This document shows positions 36,929 to 48,300 of a DNA stretch of 64,000 bases, in pieces. Position 1 is the first letter of the stretch. Every line of letters starts with the position of its first letter. Under the pieces are notes generated by a model that had not been told where the DNA came from, searched no databases, and saw nothing but the letters and a program-made list of their open reading frames with translations. The DNA comes from Macrostomum lignano (Eukaryota). Both the position numbers and the translations under genes were made by a program. Location: the NCBI GenBank assembly GCA_002269645.1, contig NIVC01000218.1, forward strand, positions 80,407 to 144,406. Reading direction: 5' to 3'.

Positions 36929-39900
36929 TAGACAGACACACAAACAGCAACAACAGAGTACGCTGCCAGATCACAAAAGCAGCGTCAGATGGCGCGCTTC
37001 AAAGCTTGGGCGCGAACAAAAGCCGCACCGCCGGCAGAGTCCGGGGCGCCGGCGTCAGCCAGCAGACAGTCGACGTAGCGCCGAGTCCTCGCCTGTCCCC
37101 GCCGGTAGGGTGCCTGCAACGTAAGTAGCAGCACCTCCTGCACCGGCTCCGGGCAGTAGGCCTCGGCGCGGATGACGTGGCCTGCCAGCTGGAGTCGCCG
37201 ACGGCGCAGCAGATCGCTAGGACGGGCCAGGCCGGCGCGATGATAGAGCGCCGTGTTGGTGACTCGCTCGTTGCCGATCTTGAAGGCGGCGCGCAGCAGG
37301 CCAGCGTGCGCCGCGTCGACTTGAGCCTCGAGCGAGTCTGTCAGCGTCCAGGTCTCGGCGTTGTATAACAGGACGGTCTCGATCACCGCCTGGAACAGCG
37401 CCGCCCTCTGGCGGTCCGGTAGGGCCTCGGACTGCAGGACTGACCTTATAGAACGAAAGGCAGCCCAAGCAAGTCCTCGGCGACGCCGCAGATCCTCGCG
37501 GACGTCGGGAACCAGACCGCCGAGGTAGACGAACTGCTGACATCTTGGAAGCTCACTCGCCTGTCCGTCAGCGCCTCGGCAGAAGATTGCAGCCTCGGTG
37601 TCGTCCGGCACGCATAGCACGACGGTCTTCTGCGTGTTGACCACCAGGCCGACGCTCGCCGCAACGGCAACCAGCCTATCCAGCTGTCGTTGGGCGCCCT
37701 CGACGGTCGAGGACAGCAGGGCGAGGTCATCGGCGTAGCCAAGCACGCTGAGCCGTCTCTCCGGTTGGCGTCGACCCACGCGTCGCCGCAGCAGGAAGCC
37801 GTCGTCGTTGGAAGGCAGAGCAGTCCGTAGCACCCAGTCAAGCACCAGAATAAATAGGAACGGCGCTAGCGTATCTCCCTGGAGCACCCCGGAGGATGTC
37901 TCGAAGAAATCCGATAGGCCGTCCGGTGTTGAGACAGCAGCCGTCGTGCCGTGGTACAGCGCCATGACAGCAGAAATCAGCAGCTCTGGCACGTTGTACG
38001 CACGGAGCACCTCTGGGAGCGCGTCCCTCACGACCGAGTCGAAAGCCTTCCTGAAATCGACGAAGATCAGGATCAGGGTCAACTGGCGGATGCGCGCCTC
38101 CTCGATGACTCGTCGAAGAGCCAGGATCTGCGTCACTGTGCCGTGATGGGGCCGGAATCCGTTCTGCTCAGGTCGCAGGTACGGGTCCAGCACAGGCTGT
38201 AACCGCGATAGCAGCATGCGGTTGAACAGCTTCGCGGCGCAGGACTGTAGGCAGATGCCTCGATGCTCCTCGAGCTTGGTGGTGCCCGGCTTCTTTGGAA
38301 TGGCGACGATGTGCGCCGTGGTCCATTCGTTTGGCGCCACCTCACCGGAAAGCACGCTGTTCATCACTCTGGCGACCTCAGTGGCCACGCAGTGGATCCG
38401 CAGCGCCTCGGTGGGCACCTCGTCCGGACCAAGCGCTTTGCCGCCCGGCGACTGCCGAGCGAACTTCACAACGTCGGCTGTGCTGACTGGGGCAACATTG
38501 AAGCTCTCCTCCGCCGGCAACGGCGTCTCCGGCGGCAGCCTCAGAGCCTCAGAGGGGGCGGCGCGTTGACAATGGCGGCGAAGAACTCGCGCAGCTCGTT
38601 CCTGCGCTCGTCCGGAGTGTCGCCTGCCAGGTTGAGCGCGATGCGCCGCTTTCGCCCCGTCAGAGTGTTGATGGCGGACCAGGCCACGCGCCCTCTGGCA
38701 TCGGGCCCTGCGGCAGAGACGGCTTGGATGGCGTCATCGACAGCGGACTGCTGCCGCTGCAGGTAGACAGCCGCCAGAGCCTCCTCCGCCTCGCGAGTTG
38801 GCCGCCCACTCAGACGGAGCCTCTCCAGATCTTCCCTCGCTTCGTCGATCGCGGGGTCGTCCTGCCAGACCGGCTGCCCGCGCTGGGCCGGTCGCATCAG
38901 CGGGACTGCTTGCTCCGCAGCGGCTCGAACTGCAGCGCTCACCTCCGCGTACTCGGCTCCTCCACGCTTGTCGCCCAGCGCAGTGACAAAGGCACCGGCA
39001 AAGCGACGTCGCGTCTCGGCGTCCCTGAGCGCGCGGTAGTAGCGCCGCGGTGGCCGCTTTGGCGGACGGTAGAGCGGGTCCCGAAGCCGAAGGTCGCAGA
39101 TGAGCAGTCGATGGTCGGACCGCAGAGCCAGCGGCGTAATGGTGTGGCAGTTGGTGACGCGGCGGCGCTCACGAAAGCGCACAAGCACGTGGTCGAGCTG
39201 TGCCAGCCTCCGCGTAGCGTTCCGGCCACGCGCGTTCCGCCGCCTCCGCTTGCAGCCCACGAAGGTCGCGAGCCTGCCCGGCGACTTGCGGAATCTGGTG
39301 TTGGCCGACACCATGTCCTGTCTCTCCAGGAAGTCCTCTAGCGCTCCGGTGTTGCCGTTCTCGCGCGCTGTCACAAACAGCGATCGCTCGGACCTACGCA
39401 GAACTGCGTTCAGGTCTCCGAGAATGACCACTGTGTCACGTTGCGCCATCTCCTCCACCCGCACCGAGAGTTGCTCGAAGAAGGCCTGAGCCTCATCGGA
39501 GCGGGTAGCAGGCGGCGCATACGCGCAGAACAGGCGGGTGTTCCGGCCGCGAAGCCGGACGTCGACCCGAAGCAGCCGAGAAGACAGGGAGATGCAGCGA
39601 CAGCTCTGCTGCAGCCTCGGTCCGATCAGCGCTCCAACTCCTCCACGGCCTCGCTCATCCGCTGAGGTGTACCAGAGTGTCCAACCGGCGCCCAGGTCCT
39701 CACAGTGAAGTCCGGGGTCGGCTCTGATAGACACCTCCTGTAGTGCGATGACATCACAGCTGAGGTCGAGCGCTAGCCTCGCCAGCAGCCCTCTCCGCCA
39801 TGTGGCCTTGAGAGTGCGGCAGTTCAGCGTCCCGACCCGAAGCGTGCCCTCTGGTACGGCTGGGGCTCGATGCTGGTGAGCCTCATGGTCCCCGGCGCCA

Positions 39901-40452
39901 CCCGGAAGATCCAATTGGGCCAGCGCAGCAGCAGCTCGGCGGGCGGCGCCACGTTGCCGACCTCGCCAGTTTCGCTCGCGACGGCGTTCAACTCGCCGAC
40001 GCGCGCTCCGCTGCCCTCGCTTGGTCCTGCCGCATTTGGCCGCCGCAGCAGTTAAGCGCGGCTCTCCACTCTCACCACGAGGAGGTAGCGGCATTTATCT
40101 GCACCGTGGTGCAAATAAATTAAGACTGCAAATAAATTAAGACTGCAAATAAATTAAGACTGCAAATAAATTAAGACTGCAAATAAATTAAGACTGCAAA
40201 TAAATTAAGACTGCAAATAAATTAAGACACACAGACACACAGAGATACAGAGACACAGATACAGATACAGATACAGACACAGACACAGACACAGACACAT
40301 ACAGGTACAGACACACAGACACACAGAGATTAACACAGACAGGCAGACAGACAGACAGACAGATAGACAGACACACAGAGATTAACACAGACAGGCAGAC
40401 AGACAGACAGACAGACAGATAGACAGACACACAGAGATTAACACAGACAGGC

Positions 40453-40483
<31 letters not shown>

Positions 40484-40524
40484 TAGACAGACACACAGAG
40501 ATTAACACAGACAGACAGACAGAC

Positions 40525-40561
<37 letters not shown>

Positions 40562-41109
40562 CTAAGACAGACAGACAGACAGACAGACAGACACTAAGAC
40601 AGACAGACAGACAGACAGACAGACTGCCCGCCTACCCACCGCAGTGCCGAGCCCTGCTGTGTCTCCGCAACCTGTCCTGCCACCCGGGCCTGCGCATGCG
40701 CATCCTGGCCTGTCAGCAGCGCCTAACGGACTGCCTGCAGTCGGCCATGAAGCCCTGCCAGCGATTGCTCCGTAGCCAGCAGATGCCCAGGCCGAGACGG
40801 TCGCAGCAGCAGCGGCAGAAGCAGAACGAACTGGCACGGGAGGCTCGACTCCTGGCCCTGACTGCGTCCCTGCTCCGAGCGCTGCTGCATGGCAACCAGA
40901 GGGCTAAGGCGCAGCTGCGTTCGATCAGCGGCTTGGCTGACACGTTGGCTGGCCTATACGAAACTCTGCTATCGTCTTTGACAGCAGCCGAGCAGCAGCA
41001 GCAGCAACAGCAACAACAGAAATTGCTTCTACTAGAAGATCTCTCGCCAGAAGAAGCCGGTTTCCTGTTGCGAGATTTAAAACTAGTATTGACCGCTCTG
41101 CAACCTTAG
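22901..41109 (+). CDS. RTTN: Rotatin; 13 coding exons: 22901-23091, 23579-23960, 24668-25765, 26312-26467, 28288-28698, 29758-30553, 30720-31474, 32416-33108, 33610-33946, 34137-34408, 35014-35550, 36400-36675, 40645-41109 (~2122 aa)
   Basis: [16 protein letters not shown]...[34 protein letters not shown] and [12 protein letters not shown] match Rotatin blocks in collinear order. All introns are GT-AG and phase-compatible, totalling 6369 nt (2123 codons). The 5' end is uncertain. Confidence 0.93.
23986..24620. repeat. 22-bp minisatellite with alternating monomers (GGACAGTTTCAGAATAGAACTC / AGACAGTTTCAGAATTGAGATT), RTTN intron 2
   Basis: Read directly. Confidence 0.95.
25778..26228. repeat. 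~46-bp minisatellite (CAGCTTCTCAAGTTCAAAGCTTCATCATAAGCTCGATTATAATACA), RTTN intron 3
   Basis: About 10 units read directly. Confidence 0.95.
26540..28140. repeat. GATA/GACA/GAGT-rich compound satellite with a 408-bp higher-order period, RTTN intron 4
   Basis: The diagnostic variant gtggatgataaacaaata recurs at ~26743, 26935, 27343 and 27751. Confidence 0.95.
28795..29650. repeat. CT-rich minisatellite (CTCTCAGATCCCTCTCCCC-type, 18-21 bp), RTTN intron 5
   Basis: Read directly. Confidence 0.95.
31495..32375. repeat. 62-bp minisatellite (~14 copies), RTTN intron 7
   Basis: Unit ccgtcattcttatctaccttaattgcctctccagtatcgtattct.gatctctttgatgttg. Confidence 0.95.
33235..33540. repeat. ~19-bp degenerate minisatellite (GACCCATTCAGCCTATCTTT), RTTN intron 8
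   Basis: Read directly. Confidence 0.9.
34480..34925. repeat. 20-bp minisatellite (AGTGTATCTGAGTAGGTTTC), RTTN intron 10
   Basis: About 22 units read directly. Confidence 0.95.
35600..36368. repeat. 40-bp minisatellite (CCCAATGTACACTCGCTCTTATCAGCCTCCTATCCCACCA), RTTN intron 11
   Basis: About 17 units read directly. Confidence 0.95.
36745..36940. repeat. (GACA)n compound microsatellite, left flank of the RTE insertion
   Basis: Read directly. Confidence 0.95.
36941..40110 (-). mobile_element. RTE-clade non-LTR retrotransposon, nearly intact (APE + RT), antisense in RTTN intron 12
   Basis: APE motifs [24 protein letters not shown] and LDHVLV..SDHR (38541-40094). RT motifs [40 protein letters not shown] and YADD (36985-38520). 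The two ORFs are separated only by an 8-bp duplication at 38537-38552. Confidence 0.95.
40111..40622. repeat. 7 x 17-bp repeat (GCAAATAAATTAAGACT, 40111-40228) followed by a (GACA)n compound microsatellite
   Basis: Read directly. Confidence 0.95.
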
Positions 41110-41774
41110 CAAGTCAAACAAAGGGATAATTAAAGCCAATTAGCCGAGGAACGGCGAGTGCTAATTAGATGACGAGGCATTTCATTATTATACTCCCGCT
41201 GTTTACCCGCACGGATATCTGATAGGATTTTGCAATTGCAACAAAAAACAAAATGTTTTGTTTTACCGTTTCCCTGGCGCTGGAACGCATTTTTATCTAC
41301 TCTGAAATGCTACTGTTGTTAGTAGTAATCCCGTCCAATTATTTATTATTGTTTAAAATTGATTTATGTGCCATTTTTACTTTAAAAATTTGTAAGGCTA
41401 ATTGTTTGTGTTTTACTCTTTTGTGGACCAACAATTTATTTCATGCTCATTTTTTAACATGGCTTTAGTTGCGTACAAATTTTCAACTTTTTATATTAAA
41501 CTAGTTCCCTACCCCTGTTTCTGTGGCTGTTGGACCGTTCGGTAGGATGCAAAATTCACATTCGAAATCTGCGCTTCGTTGCAGTTTCTTTTTGCATTCG
41601 TTCCATTTTCTAATGCATTCTGTATTTTGCTTGTGCGAGCTATCAAATATAATTGTGCACTGATTGCGTTGACCGCCAAGCTCGCTTTAAGGTTGTGTCT
41701 TCTTGTCCCTTCTGTCAGATGGTCTCCGATATTTAATTAGCTTTGACTTAGTTAAGTCCTTTTGGATCTGCCTC

Positions 41775-41818
41775 AGTCTGTCTGTGTGTCTGTCTGCCTG
41801 TCTGTCTTAGTGTCTCTG

Positions 41819-41859
<41 letters not shown>

Positions 41860-41938
41860 TAGTGTCTGTCTGTCTGTCTGTCTGTGTGTCTGTCTGTCTG
41901 TCTGTCTGTGTGTCTGTCTGTCTGTCTGTCTGTCTGTG

Positions 41939-41993
<55 letters not shown>

Positions 41994-41994
41994 G

Positions 41995-42041
<47 letters not shown>

Positions 42042-42076
42042 CTGTGTGTCCGTCTGTCTGTCTGTCTGTCTGTCTG

Positions 42077-42131
<55 letters not shown>

Positions 42132-42240
42132 CTGTGTGTCCGTCTGTCTGTCTGTCTGTCTGTCTGTGTCTGTCTGTCTGTGTGTCTGTCTGTCTGTCTA
42201 ACTGTCTGCCTGCCTGTCTATTTGTCTATCTGTTTCTCGG
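41775..42240. repeat. (TCTG)n microsatellite between RTTN and COMMD3
   Basis: Read directly. It contains gtcttagtgtct, the reverse complement of the agacactaagac motif at 40560-40600. Confidence 0.95.
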
Positions 42241-42401
42241 TTTTAATTTGTGCCTTTTAGGCTTCTCTATTTCAGTGTCTGTCTAATTGGCTATCTGTCT
42301 TACAGTAGAGTCTCAAGCGTCTATCCATCTGCCTCAGTACTTGTACCTCATTGTTCACAGCCCGAACCGATCCGGAACCCGAGCCAGATTAAAGAACAAC
42401 T

Positions 42402-43022
42402 ATGGAGCTGCCACAACAATTTGCCACCGTATTTCGCTGTTGCGTAGAGCAACTGCCCGCCGACCGATTCCGTGGCCTGTGCGAGGCCGCCTGTCTGATG
42501 TTGCACTATTCCAGTGATAGAGATTGGTTTAAAAAGTCTGACAATAACGAAGCCGCCCCAGCTGCTCCATCGGATCCTTTAGACAAAGAAATCTGTTCAG
42601 TGCTCTGCGCCCTACTAGCTGAAGCATTGAGTCGCGGTGTGAGCTTGAAAGTATTGCTAGCCTGCGCGGAGGAGCGCGGCTTGATTGGCGAACACCTGTC
42701 AGTGCTGACTGATTGTGTCAGCTCGGCCTGGCCTAGTCTCGAGCGTCGAGCTCTGCTAGCTCCCCTGGCAACTGGGCAAGAGGCGTCGCTGGGTCACATT
42801 GTTGACACCCAATGGCGATTAGTCTACGAAACGGGTGCCGCCAATTCTGGTCGGTCAGATGAGCCAGTTCATTATCAGCTTGGCCTGGCGACTGTCGGGC
42901 AGCCAATTGGAGTTCGATTTGTGTGTACGAAGCATCAGCTGATGGATTTGCTCAGTCAGACTAGAGAAGCTCTGCGTGCTGTTGAATCCGTAGCGTCCGG
43001 CGATGCTAAATCCACTCGTTAA
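42402..43022 (+). CDS. COMMD3: COMM domain-containing protein 3 (intronless coding region, 206 aa)
   Basis: MELPQQFATVF start and the COMM domain HIVDTQWRLVYE...VRFVCTKHQLMDLLSQTREALRAVE most resemble COMMD3 (MELSES..., HITDVSWRLEY, ISFSCSMEQLQDLV). Confidence 0.8.
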   Translation: MELPQQFATVFRCCVEQLPADRFRGLCEAACLMLHYSSDRDWFKKSDNNEAAPAAPSDPLDKEICSVLCALLAEALSRGVSLKVLLACAEERGLIGEHLSVLTDCVSSAWPSLERRALLAPLATGQEASLGHIVDTQWRLVYETGAANSGRSDEPVHYQLGLATVGQPIGVRFVCTKHQLMDLLSQTREALRAVESVASGDAKSTR

Positions 43023-43194
43023 TGAGGGAAATGACTATTTATACTATTTATTTATTCTTATTTAAGAATTCGACACTGCCATCTTTTTACTTTTGTCTAT
43101 GGTCAAAACACCGTCTGTTTCACTGTACGTGAAGACACATCTGGTTATAATTGATTACACCCGCCCTAATGGCCAGATAGGCAACCGACAGCTG

Positions 43195-43425
43195 AGCGTC
43201 GCATCTGAAGGCTGCGTACGGCTGTTCATCCAAGGACTGGGGGTCGCCACACAGCCTCAATTACCCCAGCTAATGCTGGCACCCATTTTACAGCTGGGTA
43301 AACTGAAGCAATGCAGAGTTAAGTGTCTTGCTCAAGGACACAAATTGTTCCGAGTGGTATCAGGAATCGAACCCCCGACCTTCAAGTCGTAAATCGAACG
43401 CTCTAACCACTAGGCTACAACACCC
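43195..43425 (-). mobile_element. Second copy of the tRNA-derived CORE-type SINE
   Basis: The reverse complement matches 10233-10475 across head, core and tail (gtggcgacc...gtccttgg..gaacagccgtacgcag). Confidence 0.8.
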
Positions 43426-44129
43426 TCAACGCTTAACGCGCTCCCCTTGCACGGTTTTGGCCATAGACAATAGCCGAAGCTAATTGAATGCTCGACTTTT
43501 AAAATAAAATGAAAAATGCTGTAATAAAATTTGGCGGTCTCATAAATTTTATATATTTAAGCGATTGTTCAAATTTTATCGTTGATTACTTTTGCATAAT
43601 AAATCAATATTTTTAGTATTATCTAGTATTATTCTAGTATTGTTAATTCCACTTATATTTACACAAATTTGGTGCTGAATAATTTTTTAAAAAATTCTGT
43701 AAAATTAAGTGCGATTTTGAATAAAGAATGCAATATTGATCATTATATTTTATATTACGAATAAACTATCGGTTTTATTGTTATTAATTTGATTGTGTTA
43801 CTTACAGTAGTTTGTTCTGTAAATAAACATTTCCGGTTCCAGTGATTTGTTGTTGGATCGGTTGACAGTTGAACAGGTGTAAGGAAAGTACGCACAAATG
43901 TACACTGCGCAAGCTTAGTGTACATTCATCCCTGTTACCCCTCTGAGTTTATATCAATCTAAGATAAGAGATAACAAATGTATTTTTATACTCGTCACGT
44001 GAATTCTCGGCGCTAAAGACGGCGACAGTAAGCAATGGAAACACGATAATTGACTGTCGAAATTTTACATGTTACAGATAGGAGTTTAGCTGAGGGTTTA
44101 GGAGTTCAAGTTTAGGAATTAGGATTTAG

Positions 44130-45065
44130 GTTCGGCATTCGGGTTCAGGAATTAGGTTAGGGTTCAGGAATTAGGTTAGGGTTTAGGGTTGAGAATTAAG
44201 GTTTAGGTTAGGGTTGAGGAATTAGGGTTTAGGTTAGGGTTGAGGAATCAGGGTTTAGGTTAGGGTTGAGGAATCAGTGTTTAGGTTAGGGTTGAGGAAT
44301 CAGGGTTAGGTTAGGGTTGAGGAATCAGGGTTAGGTTAGGGTTGAGGAATCAGGGTTTAGGTTTGGGTTGAGGAATCAGTGTTTAGGTTAGGGTTGAGGA
44401 ATCAGGGTTAGGTTAGGGTTGAGGAATCAGGGTTAGGTTAGGGTTGAGGAATCAGGGTTTAGGTTAGGGTTGAGGAATCAGGGTTAGGTTAGGGTTGAGG
44501 AATTAGGGTTTTGGTTAGGGTTGAGGAATCAGGGTTTTGGTTAGGGTTGAGGAATCAGGGTTTAGGTTAGGGTTGAGGAATCAGGGTTTAGGTTAGGGTT
44601 GAGGAATCAGGGTTTAGGTTAGGGTTGAGGAATCAGGGTTTAGGTTAGGGTTGAGGAATCAGTGTTTAGGTTAGGGTTGAGGAATCAGGGTTAGGTTAGG
44701 GTTGAGGAATCAGGGTTAGGTTAGGGTTGAGGAATCAGGGTTTAGGTTAGGGTTGAGGAATCAGGGTTTAGGTTTGGGTTGAGGAATCAGGGTTTAGGTT
44801 AGGGTTGAGGAATCAGGGTTTAGGTTAGGGTTGAGGAATCAGGGTTTAGGTTAGGGTTGAGGAATCAGGGTTTAGGTTAGGGTTGAGGAATCAGGGTTAG
44901 GTTAGGGTTGAGGAATTAGGGTTTTGGTTAGGGTTGAGGAATCAGGGTTTAGGTTAGGGTTGAGGAATCAGGGTTTAGGTTAGGGTTGAGGAATCAGGGT
45001 TAGGTTAGGGTTGAGGAATCAGGGTTAGGTTAGGGTTGAGGAATCAGGGTTTAGGTTAGGGTTGT
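44130..45065. repeat. Telomere-like 25/26-bp minisatellite (AGGTTAGGGTTGAGGAATCAGGGTTT, ~35 units)
   Basis: Each unit carries TTAGGG and TCAGGG. The array is bracketed by imperfect inverted repeats at 44043-44076 and 45079-45112. Confidence 0.93.
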
Positions 45066-45362
45066 CACAAATTCAATTTGTGACAATCGAAATGTCGATA
45101 TTCAATTGTCGTAGAATGAGAACTGGTAGTCTTCCTGTGAAAAATTACTAATTACGATAATGAAGTATGATTTATATGATAAAGGACTTGAAAAAATGTA
45201 AAAAAATCTACCCTATTAAGTATTATGTCTGGAAGGTTTATATGTAATTACCAAAATCACATTGCATTTGGTAGATCCCCGATTAATTATCAAACTATCT
45301 TCTCTTTCAGATCCTTGAAATTAAATAATCTTACGCTCAAATCAACGCATAAGAGACAGCAA

Positions 45363-48300
45363 ATGGACTCGGCCTCTAGCAAGCCAGCAGCTTCCGGCAA
45401 TGTTGACATTGGCAACAGTGGCGACAAGCGCGGTCAAGGGCGTCGATTGGCTCTGCTAAGTGTTACTGACAAGTCTGGCCTAGTTGACTTTGCTCGCCAG
45501 CTGGTTCAACGGCATGGCTACGATCTTGTATCTTCGGGTGGCACTGCATCTGTCCTGTCTCAGGCTGGCATTCCTGTGCAAGAGGTAGGGTCACTGGGAT
45601 TGGAAGCGAAGCCAGGGCTTTTTATTGGTTCACTGAAGTGTCACTAAAAAAGCTTTTTTGGTCACTGAAAAGTCCCAGAATGTTTAATGGGCCTCTAAAG
45701 TGTCCCAGAGGATTCCTGGATCATTGGCGGGTCTTAGAGAGTCCTAGTGTGTTGTCGAAATGTCTTTAAAAGTTTGTTGGGCCACTAAAGTGTCCTCGAG
45801 GGTTTGGTGAGTCACTGAATTGTCCTTGAGAGTTTGGTGAGTCACTGAAATATCCTCGAGGGTTTGGTGAGTCACTGAATTGTCCTTGAGAGTTTGGTGA
45901 GTCACTGAAATATCCTCGAGGGTTTGGTGAGTCACTGAATTGTCCTTGAGAGTTTGGTGAGTCACTGAAATATCCTTGAGAGTTTGGTGAGTCACTGAAA
46001 TATCCTTGAGAGTTTGGTGAGTCACTGAATAGTCCTTGAGAGTTTGGTGAGTCACTGAATTGTCCTTGAGAGTTTGGTGAGTCACTGAAATATCCTCGAG
46101 GGTTTGGTGAGTCACTGAATTGTCCTTGAGAGTTTGGTGAGTCACTGAAATATCCTTGAGAGTTTGGTGAGTCACTGAAATGTCCTTGAGAGTTTGGTGA
46201 GTCACTGAATTGTCCTCGAGGGTTTGTGAGTCACTGAATTGTCCTTGAAGGTTTGGTGAGTCACTGAATTGTCCTCGAGGGTTTGTGAGTCACTGAATTG
46301 TCCTTGAGAGTTTGGTGAGTCACTGAAATATCCTTGAGGGTTTGGTGAGTCACTGAATTGTCCTCGAGGGTTTGGTGAGTCACTGAATTGTCCTCGAGAG
46401 TTTGTGAGTCACTGAATTGTCCTCGAGGGTTTGTGAGTCACTGAATTGTCCTCGAGGGTTTGTGAGTCACTGAATTGTCCTCGAGGGTTTGTGAGTCACT
46501 GAATTGTCCTTGAGAGTTTGTGAGTCACTGAATTGTCCTCGAGGGTTTGTGAGTCACTGAATTGTCCTCGAGGGTTTGTGAGTCACTGAATTGTCCTCGA
46601 GGGTTTGTGAGTCACTGAATTGTCATTGTAGGTTTGGTGAGTCACTGAATTGTCCTTGTAGGTTTGGTGAGTCACTGAAATGTCATTGTAGGTTTGGTGA
46701 GTCACTGAATTGTCCTTGAGAGTTTAGTGACTCGCTGAAGTTTCCTTGTAATGTCGAACTCAAGGTTAAAAAGTATAATCGATACCTCTGATCTCTTAAT
46801 TTAATAAACTCATCCACAAATAATATCTGCTCAAAAAACGGGTTGCATTCGGTCAGGTTAGCGATCTCACCGGCTTTCCCGAGATGCTGGGCGGCCGAGT
46901 CAAGACGCTTCATCCGGCCATCCACGCCGGGATCCTGTCCCGTTCGGACAATCCCAGCGACGCGGCCGATATGTCGGCCAGAGGCCTGCGTCAAATTGAC
47001 ATGGTGGTCTGCAACCTGTACGCATTTCAATCCGTGGTGGCTTCGGACACCGTGGATCCCAGTCAAGCCATTGAAAGCGTAGACATCGGCGGCGTGGCTC
47101 TGCTACGCGCGGCCGCTAAGAATCATTGTCGAGTTGTTGTGGTCTGCCAGCCCGGAGACTATGACGCCATCCTGACTGAGCTGGCCGCTCCGGATGGCGG
47201 ACACGAGGTGACTGCGGCCACTCGAAAGCGGCTGGCTGTTCAAGCATTCTGTCACACGTCTGACTACGATGCTGCAATTGCGGGCTATTTTGGTCGGGCC
47301 TATTTTGGCCAATATCAGGATATTAATTTCATACCGTTAAGGTGAGTTAATAGGGTCTGTCGTATTGCTTATCTACTACATACAGAAGAAATACAGTGGA
47401 AATAACAGAATAGGTACTTTGCGTTTACAATTACATGCTAAATACTCTACTTATAGTAAAAATATGGGAATTGGGTTAGGGTTAGGGTAAGTAGGAAATT
47501 TTCAAATTCAACAAAATTCGCATTGTTTTTTCTATTTGTGTTTATTTGGTTTTTGTTTATCCGCTGCAAGACACTAACCGCCTCCGGCCTCCAAAGAGGG
47601 CAGAATGTCCTAGTCCACATATACTAAATCGAAAGTAATTTCTTAGTAGCTAATTAAATATTCGCCTACACCACCCAGGTACGGCATGAATCCCCATCAG
47701 GTACCGGCCAGCATCTCTCATCCGCTTGGCCTCAGCCTGCCCATAGTAACCAAATGCGGCTCGCCAGGCTACGTGAATCTCCTAGACGCATTGAACGCCT
47801 GGCAACTAGTTCGAGAACTGCGCGAAGCTCTCGGCGCCCCGGCCGCTGCATCGTTTAAACACGTCTCGCCTGCCGGTGCGGCAATCGGCACCCTGCCGAT
47901 CGATCCGGAGACTGCAGCTGCTTGTATGGTGGCCGACCTCGCCGCCGAACTGACCCCGCTAGCCGTTGCCTACGCCAGAGCTCGCTCGGCCGATCGAATG
48001 TCCTCCTTTGGCGACTTTATCGCCCTGTCCGACCCGTGCGACCTGGCCACGGCCAGGGTGATTTCTAGGGAAGTGTCGGATGGAATTATTGCGCCCGGCT
48101 ACGAGCCCGACGCCTTTGAATTGTTGCAAAAGAAGAAGGGCGGCAAGTATTGCATACTGGCTATGGATCCGGACTTCCAGCCGCGTGAGTTGCCGGGAGG
48201 AGATACATGAGGAAGAGACTGGAGAGTAGATGAGGGAGAGACTGGCGAGTAGATGAGGGAGAGACTGGAGAGTAGATGAGGAAGAGACTGGAGAGTAACT

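Noticed and set aside
38537-38552. Programmed ribosomal frameshift between the two RTE ORFs
   Set aside because: RTE elements normally have one ORF, there is no slippery heptamer, and an exact 8-bp tandem duplication explains the break.
43830-44000. Putative ATIC promoter with E-box (CACGTG ~43995) and ETS-like motif
   Set aside because: Single short motifs are expected by chance, and the TSS cannot be supported from sequence alone.
44130-45065. True telomere or chromosome-fusion site
   Set aside because: The TTAGGG hexamers are embedded in a 25/26-bp unit, with no pure array and no head-to-head inversion.
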